From the IMG/VR virus record IMGVR_UViG_3300027747_004519: a DNA stretch of 64,000 bases. The stretch is one strand, 5' to 3'. This document shows positions 1 through 7,689 of the stretch, one piece after another. Below the pieces are notes generated by a model, which worked only from the letters and a program-made list of their open reading frames with translations, was not told the origin of the DNA and did not search any database. Source of the stretch: an uncultured virus (IMG/VR IMGVR_UViG_3300027747_004519) (lineage: Duplodnaviria > Heunggongvirae > Uroviricota > Caudoviricetes). The first letter of the stretch is position 1. Each line of letters starts with the position of its first letter. The translations under genes were made by a program, and so were the position numbers.

Positions 1-10
1 GTAGAATACC

Positions 11-97
11 GGGGCTTCAATCAAAATACTACCGCCTAGCTTTAGGGCTGTGGCGACTAAGCTATTATAATCTGGCTTGTGTAGTATTGAGCTTTTT
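11..97 (+). ncRNA. Candidate structured small RNA, family 1 (bulged stalk plus two hairpins, C4/CI-like architecture)
   Basis: GGGGCTT(11-17)/GAGCTTT(89-95); 7-nt bulge; AATACTAC(25-32)/GTAGTATT(81-88); hairpins at 33-55 and 59-78; G-U pairs favour the + strand; TAGAAT at 2-7; T-run after. Confidence 0.5.
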
Positions 98-106
98 AAA
101 AAGAGT

Positions 107-148
107 AACCCGCCAGTTTAAGGATGCAATGCATAGCCTTGGCAGGTT
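107..148 (-). ncRNA. Candidate small RNA, family 2, copy A1
   Basis: Minus strand AACCTGCCA-AGG-CT-ATGC-att-GCAT-CCT-TAAAC-TGGCGGGTT; TGT-TATAAT about 10 nt upstream; T-run downstream. Confidence 0.5.
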
Positions 149-172
149 TTGTATGTTAATTATAACAAAACG

Positions 173-212
173 ACCCGACACTTTGAGGATGCTTAGCATA
201 GCCTTGTCGGGT
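173..212 (-). ncRNA. Candidate small RNA, family 2, copy B1
   Basis: Minus strand ACCCGACA-AGG-CT-ATGC-taa-GCAT-CCT-CAAAG-TGTCGGGT; TACAAT upstream; outer stem covaries with A1. Confidence 0.5.
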
Positions 213-345
213 TCTGTCTTTTGTATTGTAGCAAGGCTAAAGTTAGGACAAACCTATACCCTTTGCAAAACTTAACTTTTATGTTTTGACATCCTTTAGT
301 TATATTATAAATAATTTTATTGTTATAGGCAAATTTGTAGTATTG

Positions 346-421
346 GGCTAATCGTTTTGAATGCTTTCTGGTTCTAGCTGGATAGGACAGCCGATAATAA
401 TGTCGTTCAGCATAATTAGTT
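346..421 (+). ncRNA. Candidate structured small RNA, family 1, second member
   Basis: GGCTAAT(346-352)/ATTAGTT(415-421); 8-nt bulge CGTTTTGA; ATGCT/AGCAT; hairpins at 368-390 and 392-405. Same architecture as 11-97 but different sequence. Confidence 0.5.
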
Positions 422-437
422 GATTTTAAAAAAGAGT

Positions 438-479
438 AACCCGCCAGTTTGAGGATGCAATGCATAGCCTTGGCAGGTT
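438..479 (-). ncRNA. Candidate small RNA, family 2, copy A2
   Basis: Duplicate of A1 with bulge CAAAC. Confidence 0.5.
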
Positions 480-503
480 TTGTATGTTAATTATAACAAA
501 ACG

Positions 504-543
504 ACTCAACACTTTGAGGATGCTTAGCATAGCCTTGTCGGGT
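504..543 (-). ncRNA. Candidate small RNA, family 2, copy B2
   Basis: Duplicate of B1 with two substitutions in the outer stem. Confidence 0.45.
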
Positions 544-572
544 TCTGTCTTTTGTATTGTAGCTTAGCTTCA

Positions 573-720
573 AACATTCGCCCAATTAGCTCCGAACATT
601 TGCCCAATTAACTCCGAACATTTGCCCAATTAACTCCGAACATTTGCCCAATTAACTCCGAACATTTGCCCAATTAACTTCGAATATTTACTTAATTAAC
701 TCCGAACATTTGCCAGTTAA
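573..720. repeat. 22-bp tandem repeat AACATTTGCCCAATTAACTCCG, six copies plus a partial (iteron-like)
   Basis: Units start at 573, 595, 617, 639, 661, 683 and 705. Confidence 0.95.
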
Positions 721-1070
721 TCGCGATACTCACATCTTGTTATTTGTTCAATGTAATCTTTGTAACTCTGTGCAGTTTCTTCTTCGCAGTAAATTCGATA
801 ATCTTGCTCCGTTTTTTTAAGATTTTTTAATGTTTTTTTAACATATTCAATATCATTCCACTTAGAATCTTTAAATTCATTGATAATATTTTCTTGAAAA
901 TTTATCATTGCACATTTTTTGAGATAAAAATCATTAAAAAGTGTATTATCAAAACGGGCTACGGTTGAAACATAATCTATCCATTTATCAAAAAGGTCAA
1001 TAATTAATATTATTTGATCCTTAATTAAAGCTTGCTGTTGAAATAATTCTGTGTTTTTCATTTCCCTCAA
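717..1070 (-). CDS. Hypothetical protein
   Basis: 117-aa ORF overlapping the stop of the upstream gene. Confidence 0.6.
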   Translation of the reverse strand: MREMKNTELFQQQALIKDQIILIIDLFDKWIDYVSTVARFDNTLFNDFYLKKCAMINFQENIINEFKDSKWNDIEYVKKTLKNLKKTEQDYRIYCEEETAQSYKDYIEQITRCEYRD

Positions 1071-1405
1071 CTCTCCCAGTGATAACCAAAAATCTTGACG
1101 CCACCGGGGGCAAACGACATTAAAGCCAAGACGTAAGTCAGAAGAAAAAACATATCATTTGGGATATATTTCTCCTTTGGATCCTCTGACCCAAACATAA
1201 AGACATCGGCATAGTTGCAAATATATTCAGCTAGGCTAAGCTTTTTTTTTGAATTGTAGGGGTCTGAAAATTTCCGTTCGTTAATTTTGCTCAGACGCTC
1301 AAAATAACCATTGTCTGGATCACGTTCAAATTCTTGCTTGAACCTTTGAATTTGGATCTTGATTGCAATATTAAGTAGCTCGATTGTAGTAGGTATGGTG
1401 TGCAT
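1067..1405 (-). CDS. Hypothetical protein (likely start MHTIPT at 1405)
   Basis: ORF; the upstream in-frame part overlaps a structured leader. Confidence 0.6.
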   Translation of the reverse strand: MHTIPTTIELLNIAIKIQIQRFKQEFERDPDNGYFERLSKINERKFSDPYNSKKKLSLAEYICNYADVFMFGSEDPKEKYIPNDMFFLLTYVLALMSFAPGGVKIFGYHWES

Positions 1406-1512
1406 ATTTTGATTGATAAGACAAAGCCTGTGGGAGTTGCCAGACCACAGGCTCACAATAAGACAAAAAGGTAGGGAACTCTGGACTTGCATCCACCAAA
1501 TCAATATATCAA
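1406..1512 (-). promoter_or_regulatory. Extended -10 promoter and two-hairpin structured leader
   Basis: TGA-TATATT, then hairpin GGTGG..CTACC plus TTTTT, then hairpin AGCCTGTGG..CCACAGGCT. Confidence 0.4.
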
Positions 1513-1529
1513 ATTGCAAAAACCGCTAT

Positions 1530-2291
1530 TTACTCCCCATAACGCTGCAAGATGGTTTTGATCAAACCGTGCCTGACAATGTCATCTTTAGTAAAGTTGA
1601 CTATACCAATTTCGGGTATACCAGTTAAACGCTTAACCGCATCACTTAGACCGTTTACAGGGATATCAATATCCGATTGTTTGGGGTCACCCATAATCAC
1701 TATTTTGCTACCTGTACCTAATCGGGTAAGCGCGGTCTTGATTGCTTCTGGAGGCACATTTTGAGCCTCATCTAAAAGGATAATTGCATTGCGATAACTT
1801 GCCCCTCGAATATTAGCAAAAAGCACTGGTTCAATATTCTTTTTTTCGATATGGTAGCGACATTCACCTTCGCTCATAAACACTGTTAAGTTGAGCTTTA
1901 CCGGGTCTAGCATGGCAAAGGCTAATTTGTCTTCAGCTTCACCAGGAACAGCTCCTATATCGCGTTCCCATTTGGAGCCAACAAAGGGTTTTATATAATA
2001 GATTTTATCGATAGCTCCAGATTTTCTTTGATGAAATGCGTAGTAAAGAGCCAATAGGGTTTTGGCTGTACCTGGAGGCCCACTGGCAATAGTAATAGTG
2101 TTGTCAATTAGTGATTGTAAATACTTGCGTTGATTGTCGTTTTTGGGATGCAGAGTTTTGTATTCATTGCTTTGAGGAAAAGCTTCAGATTGCTGGAGAG
2201 AATTGGTGATAATTGCAGTTTCTTTTTTAGAGCGTCTTGTCTTTTTTTCACCAGCACTTGAGCCCTTGCGCAAAACCATATATTTAACCAA
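1530..2291 (-). CDS. phoH: PhoH-family ATPase
   Basis: GPPGTAKT P-loop, IRGASY, LLDEAQN, LTRLG, GDPKQSD, DIVRH motifs. Confidence 0.92.
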   Translation of the reverse strand: MVKYMVLRKGSSAGEKKTRRSKKETAIITNSLQQSEAFPQSNEYKTLHPKNDNQRKYLQSLIDNTITIASGPPGTAKTLLALYYAFHQRKSGAIDKIYYIKPFVGSKWERDIGAVPGEAEDKLAFAMLDPVKLNLTVFMSEGECRYHIEKKNIEPVLFANIRGASYRNAIILLDEAQNVPPEAIKTALTRLGTGSKIVIMGDPKQSDIDIPVNGLSDAVKRLTGIPEIGIVNFTKDDIVRHGLIKTILQRYGE

Positions 2292-2360
2292 ATTTTCTTA
2301 TATTTTAATATAAGTGTATTAAGCTTATTTTTTGAGCAATCAACCCAACCGAGGTAAAAG

Positions 2361-3017
2361 ATGGATAGTGATCTTAGACAATCAATCAGAAGTCGTAGCG
2401 TTCAATACCTGTTTAATACAGGCATGGTTTGCGCAATTGCTAGCAATCACCAAGAAGCCATAATCTATTTTGAATGCGCGGCTGCCAAGAATTTGCGGGA
2501 TTGGAAAATTTATTACAACTTGGCTTTATGCTACGCGGCTTTAGAAAAACACTTTGAGGCAATAAAGCTATTTCAAGCAGCTATTGACATAGAGCCCAAA
2601 GAAGGAAGGATTTATTTTTGTCTGGCAAATTCCTATAAAGATACTAAGCAATACGTATTAGCTATTGAGTATTTTGCAAAGGTGCGGACTTTGGATCTGA
2701 ACCATTTTGCCTCTTGGGTAAATGAGGGTCAATGCTGGCAAGAATTATCACAATACTCGGTTGCTGAAAGTTGCTTTATTAACGCCTATAGGATAGATGC
2801 TACTCGCTACGAAAGCTACCATGCTTTGGGCACTTTGTTTATTAGGCAGAAAGCATACGAAAGGGCAATTCAAGTGCTAACTTATGGTCTGCAAAATATG
2901 CCAGATCCTAGCTCTTTGCTTTATCAATGCAGAGCCAAAGTTCACCTGTTAGCCGGGGATGTTTTGGCACATCAAAGAGACCTCAACAGCGCTGAAAAAT
3001 ACGCCAAAAAAGCGTAA
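2361..3017 (+). CDS. Tetratricopeptide repeat protein
   Basis: 34-aa TPR periodicity (YYNLALCY..EAIKLFQAAIDIEP). Confidence 0.85.
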   Translation: MDSDLRQSIRSRSVQYLFNTGMVCAIASNHQEAIIYFECAAAKNLRDWKIYYNLALCYAALEKHFEAIKLFQAAIDIEPKEGRIYFCLANSYKDTKQYVLAIEYFAKVRTLDLNHFASWVNEGQCWQELSQYSVAESCFINAYRIDATRYESYHALGTLFIRQKAYERAIQVLTYGLQNMPDPSSLLYQCRAKVHLLAGDVLAHQRDLNSAEKYAKKA

Positions 3018-3064
3018 TTTGTGCTTGCATTAAAATTAACACTATCAATCAAAACAAGGAAATT

Positions 3065-4237
3065 ATGCTACAAGATTTTAGTTCTATAAGATGTATCAAG
3101 ACAACTGCATTAAAAAATTATAATGCTCGTGGTTGTTCAATGGTTATTACTCCAGATAATCAAAATATTATTATTGGAAATCATAATGGCACTATTAAGA
3201 TTTTTAATATAATTACTGGACAATGTTTAAAAACTTTAAAAGCTCATTTTACAGATCGTGCTAATTCAGATATTGATTCAATAGCAATTACGCCAGATGG
3301 ACAAAAGATAGTCAGTAGTAGTTATGATTACTGCATTAAAGTATGGGATTTTAATACTGGCAAATGTTTAAAAGACCTAGAACTTTCTCACAAAATGTCT
3401 TTTGGTTATGTAAAATCAATAGCAATTACGCCAGATGGACAAAAGATTGTCAGTGGAAATTCTGATGGCACTATTAAAATTTGGGATATAACTAATCTTG
3501 AATGTTTAAAAACTTTAGAAGGACATGGAGATTATGCTAATTCAGATGTTAATTCAATAGCAATCAGTCCAGATGGTCAATTTATTATCAGTGGTTGTGA
3601 TGCTGGCACTATTAAAATTTGGGATATAGATACTGATAAATGTTTAAAAACTTTAAAAGGATATACTTCGGTAACCTCGATAGTAATCACGCCAGATAAT
3701 CAAAAGATTGTTAGCAATGGTGAAAATAGATCAATCCAAATATGGGATTTAGCCAAAAGGGAAGGCTTAAAAGGGGAAGGCTTACAAACTACTTTAGGAA
3801 AACATGACGTCAAAGTAAAATTAATAGCAATTACGCCAGAATTAATAGCAATTATGCCAGATAGTCCATCTAGCGTCATTAGTGATTTTGATTTTTTGGA
3901 TTACTCTATTACGTTATACGACATAAACACTGATAAACATTTACCTTTAGAAGGTCATACAAGTTGGGTACGTCTTGTAGCAATCACTTCAAATGGTAAA
4001 TATATTGTTAGCGCAGATTGTAATAGTAATATTAAAATTTGGGAAATCAATCAAATGAAAAACAATGAAACAATTAAACCTGCCGAAAATACATTAAACC
4101 ATAGTCTACTTGAATTGCACCACAGAGTTAGCAGCGAAAAAATCTTAAGTAAAATTCAAACCAAAGAATATTCTGCTGTATTGCAAGAGCTGGCAAATCA
4201 AATTGAAGTCTACACTAAATTGCTTGAATTGCTTTAG
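3065..4237 (+). CDS. WD40 repeat protein, cyanobacterial type, with a helical C-terminal extension
   Basis: Repeated SIAITPDGQKIVSG..DGTIKIWD..CLKTLEGH. Confidence 0.92.
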   Translation: MLQDFSSIRCIKTTALKNYNARGCSMVITPDNQNIIIGNHNGTIKIFNIITGQCLKTLKAHFTDRANSDIDSIAITPDGQKIVSSSYDYCIKVWDFNTGKCLKDLELSHKMSFGYVKSIAITPDGQKIVSGNSDGTIKIWDITNLECLKTLEGHGDYANSDVNSIAISPDGQFIISGCDAGTIKIWDIDTDKCLKTLKGYTSVTSIVITPDNQKIVSNGENRSIQIWDLAKREGLKGEGLQTTLGKHDVKVKLIAITPELIAIMPDSPSSVISDFDFLDYSITLYDINTDKHLPLEGHTSWVRLVAITSNGKYIVSADCNSNIKIWEINQMKNNETIKPAENTLNHSLLELHHRVSSEKILSKIQTKEYSAVLQELANQIEVYTKLLELL

Positions 4238-4254
4238 TATTGCTGCATTAAAAT

Positions 4255-4557
4255 ATGAAAATTGAGCTAGATGCACTGGTAAAAAGTTTAAATATTTCTA
4301 ATGTTGATGAAGTTCTTCCTCAGTTACTTAAAGACAAAGACCCTAAGCACATTGCATGGTTAGGGGAGAAATTGCAGCAGCTTAACCCTACCAAGGAACT
4401 ACCTAAATTATATAGGTCTATAGTTGAATCTATCCATGGGCAAAAGCTGGAAATACTGGATAAATACGGTTTGACTATTATCCAATTAAAAGACTATGGC
4501 GCTGTTAAATTAAGCAATGACCTTACCTGTCGCAGCAGCGATTTAGTGATATATTGA
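4255..4557 (+). CDS. Hypothetical protein
   Basis: 100-aa ATG ORF following the WD40 gene. Confidence 0.6.
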   Translation: MKIELDALVKSLNISNVDEVLPQLLKDKDPKHIAWLGEKLQQLNPTKELPKLYRSIVESIHGQKLEILDKYGLTIIQLKDYGAVKLSNDLTCRSSDLVIY

Positions 4558-4560
4558 AAA

Positions 4561-4629
4561 TGGGCCTGGCCTAGGGGTAGTCGTAGACTGCCGACCCAAA
4601 CCGCACTAAGTGGCGGTTTTGTGTTTTTT
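4561..4629 (+). ncRNA. Candidate small structured RNA ending in an intrinsic terminator
   Basis: TGA-TATATT upstream; TGGG/CCCA closes hairpins CCT/AGG and GGTAGTC/GACTGCC; then AAACCGC/GCGGTTT and a T-run. Confidence 0.35.
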
Positions 4630-4785
4630 ATAATCAACTGCTTTAGTATTGTTGCTGGTATACTTGCTGATTTGACGGTTGTCTTGGGCAAAAATTAAAC
4701 AGAGAATCCAGTAGGTAAATGCCCATAATCATTCCTAGAAATGTTATTGCTGACAATATTACAAAACTAGTAAGTTCATCTTTAT

Positions 4786-5016
4786 TCATATTGCCTCGTT
4801 ATTGTTTTTTGAATACAAATCAATTATTTCTCTAGAGAGTTCTTGTTCTTGAAATTTAGGAACTGCCCCAGTATATTGATTAATACAGCCTGATTTTTTG
4901 GCATATTGACAAACCTTGTATTTTAATTGCTCTGGAGTAAGTGGCTTGCCTATTGAGGTAATAAATACTCCATCAATTTGCTTAATACTACAAACGCGGC
5001 AGGTCAAATCTTTCAT
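4786..5016 (-). CDS. Small Cys-rich protein resembling a conserved cyanobacterial hypothetical
   Basis: CRVC..VCQYAKKSGCIN motif. Confidence 0.6.
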   Translation of the reverse strand: MKDLTCRVCSIKQIDGVFITSIGKPLTPEQLKYKVCQYAKKSGCINQYTGAVPKFQEQELSREIIDLYSKNNNEAI

Positions 5017-5017
5017 A

Positions 5018-6040
5018 TCAAAAATCCCAATTAGATACAGTGGAGCTAGCTTGATAACTGGTTACTGTTGCCTCAAAAAAGTTGGTTTTGGTGCCAGCTT
5101 CTTTGCTCAAATCGCTAAACCTTTCTAGGTGCTGATAGGGGTTGTGACTGGGGTATTCTGATATTCTATAGCCAATGGCTTTTAGCCTGATTTCGGTCAA
5201 ATAATCGACATATTGCTTAGTGCTGGTTTTGGTAATTCCTAGGATATTATCTCCACAAATTGAATTATTCCAGTCAATTTCATTTTTGCCGGCAATTGCA
5301 AATAGCGCTTCTATTTGTCCATCCCAAATATCATTTTCTGGGTATTCGTTCATGGCGGATTTTACTAATTCCTGGTATAGCCTAATATGGCTCAGTTCAT
5401 CCCTGTGAATCAGCTTGATAATATCTGCCGTGCCAGACATTAAAGAGCGGCTAGCAAGGCTGTAAAAGAACATAAACCCACAGTAAAAATACAATCCCTC
5501 TAATATGTAATCGCTCACTAATGCTTTGAGGTAATTGTCAATATTGGGAGTATTTATAAAGTCTTGATAAGCACCTGCAATAAACTGGCATCGCTGCTCT
5601 AATATGGGGTCATCTCTCCAGAGCTCATAGATAGAATCGCGCTCATTTGCTGGCAAAACCGACTCAATAATATATTGATAACTTGCGCTGTGAAGAGCTT
5701 CTTGTGCTGTTTGTTCTGCCAAACATAGGCTGATCTCTGGAGCAGTAATAATTGTTTTTATATAGGGAATATTGTTAATTTGTATTGAATCCAAAAATAC
5801 TAAAAATCCCAATGTGCGGTTATATGCCGTACGTTCTGCCTCGCTCAGATTGGCATAATCTACCTTGTCTTGACTCAGGTCAATCTTTTGATGTTGCCAG
5901 AAATTAGAGCGCATCTGCTCCCATAGCCTAGAAGCCCAAGGGAAATTTAGATTATTAAGTTGACAAAGTCCGGTGGTATTGCCTTCAAATACTTGGCTTT
6001 TATTAGAGCCTTGAGGGTTAAATAGTAGCGTTTTTTTCAT
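5018..6040 (-). CDS. nrdB: Ribonucleotide reductase class Ia beta subunit (likely start MKKTLL at 6040)
   Basis: FLVFLDSIQ, QEALHSASY, LEGLYFYCGF, RDELSH, NFFEATVTSY. Confidence 0.95.
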   Translation of the reverse strand: MKKTLLFNPQGSNKSQVFEGNTTGLCQLNNLNFPWASRLWEQMRSNFWQHQKIDLSQDKVDYANLSEAERTAYNRTLGFLVFLDSIQINNIPYIKTIITAPEISLCLAEQTAQEALHSASYQYIIESVLPANERDSIYELWRDDPILEQRCQFIAGAYQDFINTPNIDNYLKALVSDYILEGLYFYCGFMFFYSLASRSLMSGTADIIKLIHRDELSHIRLYQELVKSAMNEYPENDIWDGQIEALFAIAGKNEIDWNNSICGDNILGITKTSTKQYVDYLTEIRLKAIGYRISEYPSHNPYQHLERFSDLSKEAGTKTNFFEATVTSYQASSTVSNWDF

Positions 6041-6356
6041 ATGTTTCCTGTTGAGTTTTGAGCATATTTGCGCTTGTGGTTTGATACCACAATGCGTCTT
6101 TAGCCATTGCAATTAACAATTCTTGGGAGCAACTAGGCAAAATCTTTTCTAGTGCAATTAAGCTAAATTGCCTTTCGTAAGATACAGCGTGTTTATCCTC
6201 AATTTGCATCAAATTTTGGTGATACAATTTGTGATTTTCAAGGATGGTTTCAATGATTTTATTAACAGGATAAGTCTTCATTTCTTGGCAAAATATCTCA
6301 ATTTGTAGGGATTGTTCCAGCGTTGGTACTTGTGGATATGGAATATTTTTAAACAT
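6018..6356 (-). CDS. nblA: Tandem two-domain NblA-like phycobilisome degradation protein
   Basis: Two NblA-like segments: PTLEQSLQIEIFCQEMKTYP.. and VSYERQFSLIALEKILPSCSQELL.. Confidence 0.5.
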   Translation of the reverse strand: MFKNIPYPQVPTLEQSLQIEIFCQEMKTYPVNKIIETILENHKLYHQNLMQIEDKHAVSYERQFSLIALEKILPSCSQELLIAMAKDALWYQTTSANMLKTQQETYEKNATI

Positions 6357-6723
6357 ACAGCCTCCTTTTGGGATGATTGTTAATTAAATCTGCGCATATA
6401 GACTTAGCTTGGTTGTAATAAAACACTTCTAGTAATTTATCCCCAGACTCACTATAGAAAGCAACGTCATCAGGTAAATCCATCAATTTATCTTGATACA
6501 ATCTGAGCGCGTCTAAGGTCAATTGTCCCTCTGGGCTTGGATGATATTTTGCTTTCAAAAGAGTTTCTAGCCCAGCGATAATATCAAACTTAACAAGTAC
6601 ATATTTTTTACTGGGATATGTATCGTCCGGGTCAATATTGAACAAAAACCAATGTAAAAAATTGATAATTTCCGTATCGTGCTGGGCAATAGTTGCCGGA
6701 GAAATGGTGGCAGTAAGTGTCAT
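6349..6723 (-). CDS. Hypothetical protein
   Basis: ORF translationally coupled within the operon. Confidence 0.65.
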   Translation of the reverse strand: MTLTATISPATIAQHDTEIINFLHWFLFNIDPDDTYPSKKYVLVKFDIIAGLETLLKAKYHPSPEGQLTLDALRLYQDKLMDLPDDVAFYSESGDKLLEVFYYNQAKSICADLINNHPKRRLYV

Positions 6724-6938
6724 GTTTGTTGACTTAAATACTCAAATTCATTGGCTGCATCAAGTAATCTTTGAATGTACTCAGAAGGTACTTTAAAACC
6801 ATCTTGGTCTTTCAGTAATTCTAAGCGAGGAAACATTTCGTTGCAAGTATGGATAATATTGCATATACAAATTAATCTTCTTTCATAAATTAATTGTTTT
6901 TTATTTTGATCGTCTTGATTGGTGGCAGTAAGTATCAT
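6720..6938 (-). CDS. Hypothetical protein, K(I/V)PS paralog family
   Basis: KVPSEYIQRL motif shared with the next two genes. Confidence 0.65.
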   Translation of the reverse strand: MILTATNQDDQNKKQLIYERRLICICNIIHTCNEMFPRLELLKDQDGFKVPSEYIQRLLDAANEFEYLSQQT

Positions 6939-7198
6939 TACTCTAACTTCTCCAGTTGTTGAAATAAATTTAATAGTTCTTCAATACATTCACTGGGGAT
7001 TTTGCAATAAGAATAATTTTCTTTTTTCTTTAATAGCCTTGTTTTGCGTAAAAGATTACCAGAGGCATTAGTAATTTCACCTAAAAGTTCACAGATTACT
7101 CTTGGATCGGATTTTAATTTTCTTTGAGATTGATCATCGTGATTGGTACGGATAAAATGAAACATTGTTGTATCTCCTAAATCAATTTTCTTCTGCAA
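6938..7198 (-). CDS. Hypothetical protein, K(I/V)PS paralog family
   Basis: KIPSECIEEL motif. Confidence 0.65.
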   Translation of the reverse strand: MQKKIDLGDTTMFHFIRTNHDDQSQRKLKSDPRVICELLGEITNASGNLLRKTRLLKKKENYSYCKIPSECIEELLNLFQQLEKLE

Positions 7199-7505
7199 GC
7201 ATATCTAAATTGGCATACAACTCATCCAGCTTTGTAATATATTTGCTGGGAATTTTGTAATTATAGATATCGCCATTTTGCTCCAGTGATTCGACATTTT
7301 CTAGTAAATCAGCGCAGCTATTGACAATATCTTGCATAATTGTTAGCAACTCTTGCCCAATTTCCGGGTCATCATCGTCGCTGCTGTTGTCAATTTTTTT
7401 TAATGCGTTGAATATTTGTATTTGCTGTCGGTCTAGGTAATATTTGAACAGAAACCCTATAGCAAACCACAAAATAGCACTCAGGCTAAAAATTAAAAAA
7501 GTCAT
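7182..7505 (-). CDS. Membrane-anchored hypothetical protein, K(I/V)PS paralog family
   Basis: N-terminal hydrophobic helix; KIPSKYITKL motif. Confidence 0.65.
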   Translation of the reverse strand: MTFLIFSLSAILWFAIGFLFKYYLDRQQIQIFNALKKIDNSSDDDDPEIGQELLTIMQDIVNSCADLLENVESLEQNGDIYNYKIPSKYITKLDELYANLDMLAEEN

Positions 7506-7678
7506 TTGCGTTCGTAATAATCATTTATTTTTGTAACAATAGAACCAAAATTAGAGATAATTTCCAATCTTAGTGTTTTGTCTTTAATACCTGCTATTCG
7601 AAAGCTTAAGTAACAAACTCCAAATAGAAAACCAATTACCCATCCCAAACCAATTCCAAACAAAAACCACCAGCCCAT
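7502..7678 (-). CDS. Small membrane protein
   Basis: MGWWFLFGIGLGWVIGFLFGV transmembrane helix; AGGAG ribosome-binding site upstream. Confidence 0.6.
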   Translation of the reverse strand: MGWWFLFGIGLGWVIGFLFGVCYLSFRIAGIKDKTLRLEIISNFGSIVTKINDYYERK

Positions 7679-7689
7679 TTTAATTCTCC

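Larger units (their letters stand above)
94..563. repeat. About 140-bp direct duplication (94-232 and 424-563), each copy holding two related hairpin units
   Basis: Near-identical blocks offset by 331 bp. Confidence 0.95.

Noticed and set aside
87..465. ORFs 87-275 and 193-465, and other short antisense ORFs in the track (e.g. 8915-9313, 15971-16225, 26381-26755, 57789-58958)
   Set aside because: They overlap repeats or lie antisense to well-supported genes, with no ribosome-binding site or recognisable motif.
94..563. CRISPR array for the type IV-B/Cas6 module
   Set aside because: The intervening sequences are themselves duplicated and contain -10 boxes; there are no unique spacers of uniform length.
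573..720. CRISPR array
   Set aside because: Head-to-tail repeats with no spacers.
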